A DNA stretch of 64,000 nucleotides, taken from contig OX597814.1 of the NCBI GenBank assembly GCA_951406725.2, forward strand, positions 147,808,001-147,872,000, given 5' to 3'. The DNA comes from Octopus vulgaris (lineage: Eukaryota). A program made the translations under genes and the position numbers. Position 1 is the first letter of the stretch, and every line of letters begins with the position of its first letter. The notes beneath the pieces were generated by a model. It had not been told where the DNA came from. It ran no database searches and saw only the letters and a list, made by a program, of their open reading frames with translations. Shown here piece by piece: positions 13,006 through 25,914 of the stretch.

Positions 13006-13915
13006 AAGGTAGTGAGCTGGCATAAACGTAAGCACGGGCGAAATGCTAAGTGGTATTTCGTCTGCCGCTACATTCTGAGTTCAAATCCCACCGGGGTCGA
13101 TGTAATTGACTTAATCCGTTTGTCTGTCGTTGTGTGTCCCCTCTGTGTTTAGCCCCTTGTGGGTAGTAAAGAAATAGGTATTTCGTCTGCCGCTATGTTC
13201 TGAGTTCAAATTCCGCCGAGGTCGACTTTGCCTTTCATCCTTTCGGGGTCGATTAAATAAGTTCCAGTTACGCACTGGGATCGATATAATCGACTTAATC
13301 CGTTTGTCTGTCCTTGATTGTCCTCTCTCTGTTTAGCCCCTTGTGGGTAGTAAAGAAATGCCGCTGTGTTCTGAGTTCAAATTCCCCCGAGGTCGACTTT
13401 GCCTTTCATTCTTTCGGGGTCAATAAATTAAGTACCAGTTACGCACTGGGGTCGATATAATCGGCTTAATCCGTTTGTCTGTCCTTGTTTGTCCCCTCTG
13501 TGTTTAGCTCCTTGTGGGTAGTAAAGAAATAGGTATTTCATCTGCCGTAACTTTCTGAGTTCAAATTAGCCGAGGTCGACTTTGCGTTTCATCTTTTCGG
13601 GGTCGATAAATTAAGTACCAGTTACTCACTGGGGTCGATGTAATTGACTTAATCCCTTTGTCTGTGCTTTTTGCTCCCTCTATGTTTAGCCCCTTGTGGA
13701 CAATAAGGAACAAGAAACGTTAGCACGCCAGGTGAAATGCTTAGCGGCATTTCGTCTGACTTTACGTTCTAAGTTCAAATTCCGCCGAGGCTGACTTTGC
13801 CTTTCATCCGTTCGGGGTCGATAAGTACCAAGTGAGCAGTGGGATCGATGTAATCGAGTTATTACCCACCCCGCCCCGAAATTGCTGGCCTTGTGGCAAA
13901 ATCTGAAATCAATAT
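13006..13915 (+). mobile_element. Tandem/nested array of family A SINE units
   Basis: Units start at about 13052, 13177, 13359 and 13532, each ending TTTAGC(C/T)CCTTGTGG..TAA(A/G)GAA; a fifth body with a different tail lies at 13714-13915. Confidence 0.95.
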
Positions 13916-14780
13916 TTCACCTTGTCGAAACAGCCTCACTTATTCGTCAATTCCATTTCGAATACTTGCTTCTGATTTTTGTTTTTCTATTTATGCAGTG
14001 AAATGAATACGACGCGCCGCAATGTTTTGAAAATATAAATTCATTAAATTAGTTCTAACGATTGGGTGTGTTGAGAAAGCATTTTATTCATAATTTCGAT
14101 ATACGTAGTTATGATTATTAAAGCAAGGTATAATTTAGAACAATTTCAAAACAAATTTCGTGTGTGTTTGTGTGGTTGTGTGTATGTGTGTGCGTTAAAT
14201 TTTCATGCAAAACGTGATCATTTTCTTCGGTCTTCAGCGTACCACGAAGTCAAAAATTAAACTTACCGAATTAGTGGAGGGAAGGCCCATACAGTTTTCT
14301 GTAAAACTCTCGAAGCCTATTGTAAAATTGTTCATTACAATGTCTGAACGAAGTACTCTCATTTCATTGTCAATCTCCCTTTATATCTAAAATAATCACC
14401 AAATTTGCAATTATTCACAACTGCATGTATTCTATGAATAAGTGTATTTAGCTGGAAAGGACGCTTCTCAGTATATTTCGATATATGTACTAAGGTTGCG
14501 CAAGAACATTTTCATTATTGCTGTATTATTTTAATTCTTTATTTGTTCCAGCCACGGGGCACTGCTATCATGTAGAAAAGATCTTGAAACTTATTTTGTG
14601 TACATCCGTATATAACTACACCAATCAGTGTATTTCTTTGAGTCTGTGTGCATATCTGAACGTGTATGGTGCTTACTGGTAAGATATTGATAATGAGATG
14701 CAACCGTTTTGCTTTCCAGCCATATATTCATATACCAGGTTCTTCTTTTTATCATCATCATTATTGCCATAATTATTATT

Positions 14781-15490
14781 TGGCAGAATCGTTAGCTCGC
14801 TGGGAAAATGCATAGCGACATTTCGTCCATACTTACGTACTGAGTTCAAATTCCACCGAGGTCTACTTTGCCTTTCAACTTTTCGGGGTCGATAAATTTA
14901 GTACCAGTAAAGTACTGGGGTCGATGTGATCGACTGTCCCCCCACCTCCATCAAAATTTCGGGCCTTGTGCCTATAGTAGAAATAATCATTGTTGCTAAC
15001 GTTTCCTGTTTTTCTTGCATGAAAGACAACTTATTTAGCAGCATTCCTTTCAGTTCTTTGCATTCTGAGTCCAAATACCGCCGGGACCAACTTAGCCTTT
15101 CATCTTTTCGGAGTCGATAAAATAATTCTAGACATGTACCGAGATCAATGCAGTCTACTACTTCTTCCTGTAGCAAGTCTTGTTCCAAGATTGACCTTAG
15201 ATTAAATTCAAATTTCCATGTAACCGTAACCACCGACCTGCATATCTTTTACACTATCTTCCTCTCTTTTGTTATTGGCGGCGGCTTGCTTCTATGTGGG
15301 ATAAAACACCAAGTAGTATTTGGACGACTCCTTAGTAACCTGAATTCAAACTCAACCGAAGTAAACTTTACCTTTCAGCTTTTCGGGGTCGATAAATAAA
15401 GAACTAGTCCAGCATGATGGACTGACAGAATTCTTAGCGCATTCGACGAGAAGTCTTACAGTTCTTTTATCCGGCGTTGTGATTCTGAGT
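14781..15490 (+). mobile_element. Cluster of family A SINE copies (one well preserved at 14781-14985, three decayed)
   Basis: Repeated CTGA(G/A)T(T/C)CAAA..CCTTTCA..TTTTCGG(G/A)GTCGATAAA motifs at about 14840, 15065 and 15340; a head-only copy at about 15420-15490. Confidence 0.8.
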
Positions 15491-15834
15491 TCTTTTGTGT
15501 ATAACATTTAATGACTTTATCCTGTTGTCCATTGAACATCAACTTATTTTCTTTGAGTGCCAATGGCGGATTTTACTCTGTCAAGCGTTCTATCCAGGTG
15601 TTCAGGTTTGAAGAAAACTTCCTTTTCATCCACCAATCTCAGAGATATTTAAATATGTAATTTAATAGACGCTGTCATTTTCTCGTAGTTTAAATTGTGA
15701 AATTTGGAGTCAAATATGTTCTTATATATATATGTGTGGTGTGTGCGCGTCCACCATCTTGTTACACACTGTAGTAACTTGTATATTATATAATCAAAAG
15801 CCAATAAGAGAGCCTTATGCAGACGCACGACTGC

Positions 15835-16050
15835 TCCCTCAGATATTTAGCTGCAAGAAATAACAGTTAAATATCCATAAAAATCACACCCTATTGTCTT
15901 GAAATAGAATGAGACATTAGGTAAAGTAATCCAAAATTACACGGAGCTATAAGAAAGAAAACGAGCGAAAATAAACCCTGACCACCTTTGATCATGGGTT
16001 GGCTCAATAGGGGCTGAACCAGCGCTACACAACAACAACTACAACAACAA
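15835..16050 (+). mobile_element. Ancient dispersed repeat (family C)
   Basis: GCTGCAAGAAATAACAG..AAATCACACCCTATTGTCTT..CTTTGATCATGGG..GGGCTGAACCAGCGCTACACAACAAC. Confidence 0.6.
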
Positions 16051-16194
16051 GAACAAGGACTATGTTCACAAATACATTCATACGCTACGTTTTTGCACTA
16101 TATATGGTTGCACAATATATAGAGCTTCTAATTTGCATTAGACATCTAACACTTACTACCCATGCAGGCTTCTGACTACTGTTTTAACAAAGGC

Positions 16195-16850
16195 TTTGTT
16201 TTCTTTCTTCCTTTCTTTGGCAATCGTTTGTTCTGATGCAGCCATCATAAGAATTTCTGTTTACCTCTTTAGTTCTCCATTTTCAGCCAAACCCATTGTC
16301 CTTCTCCCCGCCCTTCCTCCTTCTTTTCCTCTTCTTCCACTTTCTCCTTCTTTCTTTTTGTCTGACGAACTGCTTCTACAAATGTAATTTTTTTTTCTAT
16401 CCAGTTTTCCATCTTCTCTGTTTGTTTTTCCTTTTTTATTTATTCATTTATTTACTTTTCTTCGTATTTTCGTTCTTTTATTTATTTTTATTTTTATTTT
16501 TAACGTGTTAATCTTTTCTCTACTCTTGTATATACTCTCACCGTTGAACTTCCTGGCTGCACACATAATAAAAACTCTTTTTTTTTCACATTTGCAAACC
16601 TGCCTCGTCGTCATCATTATTCATATCATCTCCATCATCCCCCATATCATCATCATCATCATCCTCATCATCATCATCGTTGTAATCATTTTCAGCGCCA
16701 TGGTTATAGAAGTCATCATTATTATCATTATCATCATTGTGGACTTTGTCCTCATAATCCTCATCTTCGTAAGTAGCAGCAGCAGCAATAGCAGTTGCAT
16801 TAGCAATATCGACAATAGAATAGTAGTAGTAATAGTAGTAGTAGACAGTG
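16195..16850. repeat. Polypyrimidine low-complexity tract followed by degenerate (CAT)n/(AGC)n/(AGT)n triplet repeats
   Basis: Directly visible. Confidence 0.85.
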
Positions 16851-17358
16851 TTAACCGGGGCAAGGCTTTTGTATTTTTTCTCCCTGAAACCTAGGAGAGA
16901 AGAGACGATGGCTAACAAAAATCAATTAATTGACGTGGTCAATGCTCATTATATTGCTGGCTGAATGATTAGATGTTGCAACAAAACTGGCTGGTAAGTG
17001 CAATAGGCGCGAGAGAGAAGGAAAGATACAAAGAGGGAATACAAAAGAAGGAAGAAGAAATAAAGTAGAGCTATAAACTGAGTGCAAGAGATAGATAGGT
17101 AGATAGAGATAGATAGTGTGAGAGAGGAAGTGAGCGTGGTGGTCGTTAGATAAAAGAGAGGTGTATAGAGAAATGTATAAAGGGACGGAAGAGAGAGAGA
17201 GAAACATTTTGAGAATATTGGAATACTGTAGACGAAGTGTGGTGCGTCAGACGAGTATAAATAATTAAGATCGATAGAATAAACAGCGGCTACAAAAACG
17301 TATTGGAGTACGTATGTATGTCTGTGAGTGTGTCTGTGTATAATGTACACACATACAT

Positions 17359-17418
<60 letters not shown>

Positions 17419-17613
17419 AGGAGAAAGCTTATTGATTAATTTATTTATAGATTTAATGATCGATCAATTGATTGATTGATAGCCAGTCAGATAAACATAT
17501 AGGCTAATTTATTAACAAATAAATAGAAACGCTATAGAGAGAATAGTTATTTATACACGTATACTTACATATGTATACCTGTATCCATACACACATAAAA
17601 ATGTGTATGAATA

Positions 17614-17658
<45 letters not shown>

Positions 17659-20600
17659 ATGTGTGTGCACACCTGTGAGCTACTGAGGAAGGTGTATGTA
17701 TGTGTGTGTGTATGTATGTATGTATGTATGTATGTATGTATGTATGTATGTATAAATTCATACGTATCTTGGTCTGATTACAAATTTCAGATACACAGAA
17801 CATAAATATACGAAAAATAATTAAGGAAATATTCATTGAACATTGAAATCCAGCAGGTGATTTTATAGTGTAGCAATAATAACAAATCTTTACATTTTAT
17901 TCGTTTTTGTTGGTCGATTATTTATTTATTCATTTATGCGACTGCTATATTAGGGAATTTGCAGTGTGCGTATGGCAACTAATTTGCAGAAACACACAAT
18001 CAGTACACAAACTACAAAATGTACCAATAATACGAAGCTATAACACACCTATTGGAGATAAACATAATGTGTGTTCATTCATATACAGAGAAAAAAATAT
18101 GTGTACGCCCATACTCATACACAAACATATATACTTGTGTGCTCGTATTCAAATATATGTGCATGCACATACATATGTATGTGTTCGTGTGCTTGCCATT
18201 GAAATTGAGTGTATATGTCTGAAAGTCTAGCTATAATCTCTTTTGTATCAATGAAGCTAAAAATAGAGCTATAAACATCTAAATCAGCAATAGGAACAAC
18301 ACCAAGAAGGCGAGTAATAAACTCGTACAGAACCGGAAAGCACATGTCATATAATTCTTGGCAGGATTTCCATCAAGACTAGTGAGGACATATAAACCCT
18401 TTACGGTCAATCTTTTGCACTGACCTCTGAAAATATTAATCGTAGGCGTCGTTGTTGATATTATTGTTTAACACGAGATCAGATCTGATTCAACAGACTT
18501 AATGTTTAAAAGCATTCAAGCTGAGACTTTTGCTTTTTATTTTAGACATAATTTATCTACGTTTGTGTATTTCCCGTTTGAAGATATCTAAGCATATCTA
18601 AGAGAAAGTTGATTCTTTTTTCTAACAGTTCAGGTCACCATATGCCGGCTCCTCGTTAACTGTTTTTCGAAAGTTGAGGTTGAAGTGTCAACCTTCCGCA
18701 AGTGTTACAAACTTGGATAAGAACAGCCACAAATAGGGGCTGGGGTAGAAAACCATCTTTACACTTTCAGCTTAGCATCAGTGGAACCTTACGAAGTACG
18801 ACAAATCCCTTTTGTATTTCGGATACTACCTCATTAATTGCATTTACAAATGAATCATTAATTTCGTATGAAGATGGGCTGTGAGTTTGGGGCGGCTTGG
18901 CCTGCCATGTGTTGAAAGAGTGTTCCAACCCTACAGTTATCGTTTAGCAGCAGTTAAACCTTACAGGGCTAACTACAATAACTTAGGTTTTAACAACGAA
19001 ACTCACGTCTTTATTTCAAATACCCTTTTGACTGTATTAATCAATTGTCTTTTACATTTCGGCTAATGATAGTGTGCTATTTAGGGTAGATTTGGCTGTT
19101 GTGGTGTAGCTTAGAAAAGAGGGATGACGCTATACTTGGTGTATAGAGTCTGTCAGTCTTAAAGAAATTAATTATTGGTGCTTCAGCAACATCAATTCCA
19201 GCTTTGTTTCCGACATCGCAACCACGACTGCACAATCCATTATGGCCTTCATGTAGATCATTTAGCAGCCATTTCTAGTATTACTTATGGTCTTTGATTC
19301 TGTTACAGCATATATTTGGGTCATCGGTTCATTGCGGTCTTTATATAAAATAAAATTCGAATACACACTCCAGCATGGCCACAACCGCAAATGCAGAAGT
19401 TGGTAAAAGAGCATATATATATGCGACGCATTACGGTTGCTATTACAGGGTAGTGTGACATATGTTTAAACATACAAACTGCAGGCTATTTCTAGATACA
19501 ATGCGACTTCAAACTGATTTAGTTTTCATTTCTGAGTGTGTATTATTAGATTTGAAAACAAATTACAAACAGATTATATATCATGATATTGAACGGACAA
19601 CAGAATTAATACAAAGAAAATTTAACATCTTTGCTGGATAGGTGTCGCTCATCTAGTATAACTAATAATATGTGTGTATTTGTGAGTGTATTTGTGTATT
19701 TGTGGGTATGTATGTATACATAGTCACATCTCATATTCACACACATATATATCACCGTGTGTGTGGGGTGGGTTTATACATCTAAATGTTTATACAGACA
19801 GGTACACACACGCACACACACACACACGTGTATAAATGTATTCGTTATTTTTCCTCGTCTTTGTATTTTTCTCATTTACTGTCGTAGTGATGTGCTGTCA
19901 TTGTTACTGATGCCAATAACTACTACTACTACTACTACTACTACTATTACAGTTCTCTTTCGCAGTAGTAGCAGCAGCAGCAGCAATAGTAGTAGTAATG
20001 TAGTTAATATGTTTCCAAAGATTTGTGAAGATAAATGAAGTCTGTCAACATCTTGCGACATGAAGCTATTATAATGTCTGCTTAATTTGCCTACCAATAC
20101 TTGCAACATAGCCAACAGATCATCAACAAAAACACAAGAGTCTACCTCCCTTTCTTCCTCTTTCTCTCTCTCTCTCTCTCTCACCATCTCTCACTTTTCT
20201 CTTATACTTTTCTCTGTTTCTCTTTCTCGCTCATCACTTCACTGTTATTGCCTTATATATTCTGAGAATGTTAGATGCTATTTTTTCTCATTTATACTAT
20301 TACGTTATTTCAAAGAGATATGCGAGTGACTTGAGTAGCTTAAATTATATTTGTGTTGGTGTTTTGTTGTAGTTTAATTGAGAGGAAAGTGATGCCCTTC
20401 ACATGCCCTCTAAGACTGTTGGTATTAATATAATTTTGATGCCCATCTTGAACGACAGAAGTTCGACAAACTTTAGGTAGCCTGGCGGAGAAGGGAAAAA
20501 AAACCTGGATGAAAATGGTATCCCATAGTGCTGTGAAGCTGTAAGAAATTCAAGATCATAATTTGGTGCATTGATTTGTCGCTATCTTTTAAGCTGTTAG

Positions 20601-21415
20601 AATACAGAAATACAACTTTAGTGAGCTTGCAATTTTGACATTTAATTGCTTCTCCCGGGAAACGGTTAGACATTGAATGGATGTGATATAGCGTGATATA
20701 GCCGGGTAAAAAAAAAACCCAACAAAATCAAAGTTTTCAAGAAATCACCTTAAAACTGCGGTATGTATTGTGTTGTAATAGTCCACTATATTATTCAACA
20801 CATAAACATGAGCCAAGAATTCACATCTCATAGGTCGCTCGACCTGCTAGATATAGCAACCGAATTTTAAAATGACATGCTTTCATTCCACTATAATAAG
20901 GGACACTAAGGGCGTAGAAAGAGTTGGTTAAGAGGAAGAGGGAACCCTGCCTTAAGTGTGAAACAGCACTACAATTCTTCTGAGCTATAATGCTCGCTAA
21001 TTATAGAGTGGCCAATACTAAAACCTCTTCTTCGGCGAGGGAAATAGGGACGTTAGCTTAACTATAATTCCTAAAACCTGAGGACGATGTTGAGAAAAGG
21101 ACATTTAGGTGCTATGGCTATAAGCCATCCATTCCCATGAGTGGAAAACTGAGAGAAGACTTCCAACCTTAGTGTATCATTTCTTTTCAATGCTTCTGCT
21201 ACGCGACTGAAGGAAGCCTTCAATATTAGTTTCCTAGAAAAAGAAATGATGGTCACAACTAGTTCTTTCGCTAGAGGCCTCCTGACTAGTTTACCTGAGG
21301 TAAAACCCTACCACCAGCAACAACGAAAACAACAAACATATATACACATACAGTTTTACATGCCAATAATAACAACTACAACAATAACAACTACAATAAT
21401 AACAACTACAACAAA

Positions 21416-21550
21416 TACTTTAGGAATAAGAACCCAGGTTCAAAATTTCCCCAAGACACCTGATGAAGGTTGGAGGGTATATCAGCCGAAGCGTTGTGTT
21501 AACAACAAACAAGATGAGGACAAATATCCGTCAAATGTAAATAATGTAAT
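21416..21550 (+). mobile_element. Short Penelope-related/retrozyme-like element carrying a hammerhead ribozyme motif
   Basis: Contains a near-canonical type I hammerhead (next feature); preceded by three 15-bp AATAACAACTACAA(C/T) repeats. Confidence 0.7.
21455..21500 (+). ncRNA. Minimal type I hammerhead ribozyme motif (one core substitution, GAAA>GAAG)
   Basis: Helix I GACAC(21455-59)/GTGTT(21496-500); core CTGATGA 21460-66; helix II GGTTGG/TCAGCC; GAAG-C; cleavage triplet GTT 21493-95. Confidence 0.75.
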
Positions 21551-21959
21551 TATATGAAAACTAGATACACCTATTAGTTTTACGTAATATGCTATACTGG
21601 ATGAACAAATAGTTATAAAACGAAATTCTGCGAATAAAAAGGAATAAGAAATATGTATGAAAACATATGAACATAGTCTCTTTTATATATGTGATGCCAT
21701 TAAAGAATGATTGCTGGAAGAAAATATATTTAAAGATCGGCCTATATTCACAGAACAAATTTATTCATATACCGGTGGCTATGACAAATAGTCAGTCGGG
21801 TTAAATACATTAAAATACTCACCACATGTGTTCACATATACAGTTAAACAACTGTATACTTTCTGCCTCGCAGAATATTAGTTATAATGGTATTTTAAAG
21901 TACTTTCACATCCTACCTGCATGTATAAGCTCACAAAATACGTATTCACTGAATGCAGG

Positions 21960-22440
21960 AGGTTGATGTTGTTTAGGCCTCAATATCAGTAGTGACCATC
22001 TCATCCTTTTTCCTCTGTGACGGTAATACGGGATCACATAGTTTATGTTTTTTTAAGACGATGCGTGTGAAGGGGAGATTGTGATTTGAGGAAGATTTAT
22101 CAGCCATTTCTAGCAAATCTTGACTGGAACACAATAGATTATGCATATCCGCAGATATGCATAACGGTCAACTACACTCACTTAGATAGACATGCAGCAA
22201 AGAACCCCCTATATAGCTGCTTAATGTTCTGGAAATACCAGCTAAATCTCTCTACTGACTCACTATTGACAAGCCGACAAAATAGCAAGGTTATTGACAG
22301 ATTAGATAATCTACTTCAAGATGGACAATGCCCGAGTGGAAGATACAATAGTGAATGCTGAAGTCCTTTGAATGTAATTCTGCTCAGTGAAGATTAATCT
22401 GGTTAAAGAATAATACTAACAATGACAATAACAACAACGC
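21960..22440. mobile_element. Two oppositely oriented family C repeats (about 21960-22130 minus, 22220-22440 plus)
   Basis: TGTTGTTTAGGCCTC..GACCATC..CCATTTCTAGCAA on the left; TTCTGGAAATACCAGCTAAATCTC..ACAACAAC on the right. Confidence 0.5.
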
Positions 22441-22785
22441 AATCGATATTTTATTGATATTGGGGGCTACGATAGTTTGCACAAAATACATTCCAATGAT
22501 GACCACAGGTATAGAAGAATGCACTTTTTTTTTCGTTCATTGAATTTTGATTAAATTTAAGGTCAAATATTTCTTCAGAAACAGAACGAGGCGAATTTGA
22601 AGCCTGAACGAGGATTTTTCAACGATTTCATTGATCCCTATTACTCGAGTATTAATTATTTTATTGACCCTGGTAGCATGAAAGGCGAAGTCAACGATCA
22701 TATGATTTTAACTAACAACAAAGAATAACGCTGTGAAAAACAGATAATAGAAAACAGTGGTACTCCTGCAGCTGCTAATACTGCT

Positions 22786-22807
22786 GCCACCACCACCACC
22801 ACCAGCC

Positions 22808-22873
<66 letters not shown>

Positions 22874-22897
22874 ATAATAATAATAATAATAATAATG
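22786..22897. repeat. Compound triplet microsatellite (CAC)n(CTA)n(ATA)n
   Basis: Directly visible; sits at the 3' tail of a minus-strand SINE. Confidence 0.95.
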
Positions 22898-23300
22898 GCT
22901 TCAAATTTTGGCACGTGGTCAGTTTCGGGCAAGGGGTAAATCGTTTACATCGGCCTAAGTACAATACTGCTACTACTTTTTATCGACTTCGAAAAGAAGA
23001 AGGATTTGAACTCAGAATGTAAAGAGCGGGAAGAAAAATTGGAGATAATTTTTGCGACGAGCTAACGACTCTACCAGCCTGCTACCCGGAAATCTCTGAT
23101 TTAGGTACCAGGCCAGCAATTATGAGGGTAAAGATTTATCGATTAAATCCACTCCAGCACCTGACTGGTACTTTATTTTATTAACCTCGAAAGGTTGAAA
23201 AGCAGTACTACCCTCGGCAGAATTTGAACTTAGAACGTAAAGAGCGGGGAGAAATATCTTAAAGTATCTTTCCCCGACGTTCAAATGATTCTGCCAACAA
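22898..23300 (-). mobile_element. Two consecutive family A SINE copies
   Basis: GATTTGAACTCAGAATGTAAAGAGCGG (about 23003) and GAATTTGAACTTAGAACGTAAAGAGCGG (about 23220), each with a reverse-complement core. Confidence 0.75.
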
Positions 23301-23424
23301 CAATTGCTTCCAGGTTCGGCAGAAGCCAACAATTGATGGCGGGATTAGTCTTCTTATAAAGAACCTAATACCTGATTGTGTGTTTATTTTATCGCTCCCG
23401 GTAGGACTGACAACAGGAGATATA

Positions 23425-24302
23425 CAAGGTCTGATCAATAAGTATCCGGACTGATGACATAGTAACGATGCTGAAGCAAGGATAGTGAAGCTGCTTGGCA
23501 CAGATTGGCCCTGAATTCTGCTGTTCATGTGCGCTAAGTTTTAACGCTCTAGTTCACTTCCGATGTTTACAGCAGTGCTTGGAAGGAAGGTGTGAAGCGT
23601 GTGATCGTCGCATTGACCAAGCCAGAAAAAGTTGTCATTGCGATACCAGCTCAGAGCCCTACGCAAAGATGAAGAAAACGTATGATGAAGAGTGTATGAG
23701 CTGCACATAAGTCTACGAGGTGTTCAGACGTTTCCAAGATGGCCGAAAAAATTTCAGTGTTGACGAACATTCTGGTAGATCCACAACCAACAGAACTGAG
23801 AAAGACATTATAGATATTCGCGCAAATGTGAGGGGAAATCTTTGAATCAATATCTGTGAGTTATCAGGGGATATGCAGATTAGTTGCGTTTCCGTTCAGT
23901 CCATTAACACTGAAGATTTGGGTATGAGACGCGTGCCTGCCAAGTTTGTGCCAAAACTGCTTTCAGCCGACCAAAAGGACACTCGGATTTCAGTTGCACA
24001 AGATCTCCTTGATTATGTCTAGAACGTTGAAAACTTTTCGTAGGTTTCTCAGCAGGTATCACCAAGCTTTTGGCAAAATTTGATGCAGATTCTCTACTAA
24101 AATTTCTCTCTTATGGTCAATGCGTTGATCACACGTTACACACCTTCCTTCCAAGCTCTGTTGTAAATAGGGGAAGTGAGACAGAACGTTAAAACTTAGT
24201 GCGCATGCACAACAGAGTTCAAAGTCAATCTGTACCAAGCGGCTTCACTCTCCTTGCTTTAGCTTCGTTACTATAGCAACAGCTCCTATCGATTAGACCA
24301 CG
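23425..24302 (+). mobile_element. Non-autonomous mariner (Tc1/mariner) derivative with long terminal inverted repeats
   Basis: TA at 23423-24 and 24303-04; 23425-23618 aligns to the reverse complement of 24115-24302; internal decayed transposase ..VYEVFRRFQDGR..DEHSGRS..EDLGMRRVPAKFVPKLLSADQK (mariner HTH region and WVPxxL-type linker); no DD34D domain. Confidence 0.92.
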
Positions 24303-24412
24303 TATACATAAACATTATCTCCGTCTAATGAATCTTTGTCTATTCATGCGTTGTTGAGCACTCATTCACATTGTTCGAAATTTACACACACACACACACA
24401 TGCTGTGTGTGT

Positions 24413-24455
<43 letters not shown>

Positions 24456-25914
24456 ATCTTTGTATTTCTGTAAATGTAAGCACATGTATCTATTGTGTAT
24501 GTATTCACACAGAATGGTTAAGAAGTATACTTCACAGTCACGTGTTTTAGGTTCGATACCACTGCGAGTCGCGCCATGTCTTGTCAGATAAACTTACTAC
24601 ACAAACATTCTGTTAGGCGGTTATGAGTCTAGGGTCCAAAGTTGTCATAGAAGCACACTGGGGTAGATGAAAGGTGAGGTTTTAGATAAAGAGGATGTCA
24701 TTGAATTGATTGAACAACTGAATAGTCATCGTCGAAATCGACAAAGAATCCGTTTATTTAATTTTACGGGTCTGTACGTGTATGTATATGTGCATTTTTG
24801 TATATATGTGTGTCCAAATATGTATGTACGCCTGCATATGCCTGTGTATATATATATATTATGCATGTATGTATCTTTGTGCACATTTTATATATTATGA
24901 ATATGTGTATCTATTACATAATGCGCACATTTATACTCATACATATTTATGCATATATATATTTATACATTATGCAAGTGCATATCTATGGATTCCTTTA
25001 TGTATGCCTATAAGTATCGATCTAATTGTAAGTACATGTGTCGATACAATAATTTATGTATTTGTTTATGTCTGTATATACATAGACACATACACACAAT
25101 TGTATGTATAGTATATGAACATTTCGGGTTTTGCTATTTTTAATGTTTGTTTATTTATGATCTCCAATTGCTATTGACATTCGAAGATGATTTAACATCT
25201 CAATTGATTACTTATTTATTTCGTTTATACATTTCCACGATACTTTATCTATTTATTTATATTTTTGGCCTTTTTTTTGCCTCAATTTATCACTTCATTC
25301 ATTAATATATATTATGAGAGCTGATAATGAATCTGAGAAATAATTATCTCTACCTCGATAAATTTTCATTGGTGCACCATAACAAAACATAAACAAATCA
25401 ACACCATCAGTAGCGCCATCACCAACTTCACTGCCGCCACCAACAGCAAAAATAATCTTCCTTCTGCTAGTAATAATGATAATATTGATAATAATAAAAT
25501 TAGTAGTAGTACCAACAACAACAACATCATAGAAGAAAAGATACATATCAGTTTGTAGATTGATTAAGCAGAAGCTCGATAATGTGCTAAAACAACCACT
25601 AATTAGACATAAAACATCAGATTCTTGCAAACAGAAATTTAATGTTCAATATGATGTTTGTGTTTTCAAATTGCTGACGATGGAATTTATAAAATGTGTG
25701 GAATGGTATTGGCGGATGTAGGATGGACTTGTGTTTGCAGAGAAAAATATTTTTCAAACATATTTTTCAAAATTAATCTTTTAAAATTGTTTTGTTTTAA
25801 AATCAAGAATGCTCTTTAACTGCCCAGGTTTGCCTGTCTGGTGAGATAAAAGTCAGAGTTCTATTAAGATTTTACCTCTAGCAAGTGAAGGACGGTGGGA
25901 ATGGTGGTTCTGTG

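Noticed and set aside
13052-13712. Regularly spaced repeats resembling a CRISPR array
   Set aside because: Whole units of 125-180 bp are homologous SINE bodies with no unique spacers and no cas genes; eukaryotic context
16505-16918. Poly-I, poly-D and poly-M ORFs
   Set aside because: Triplet-repeat low complexity, not protein-like
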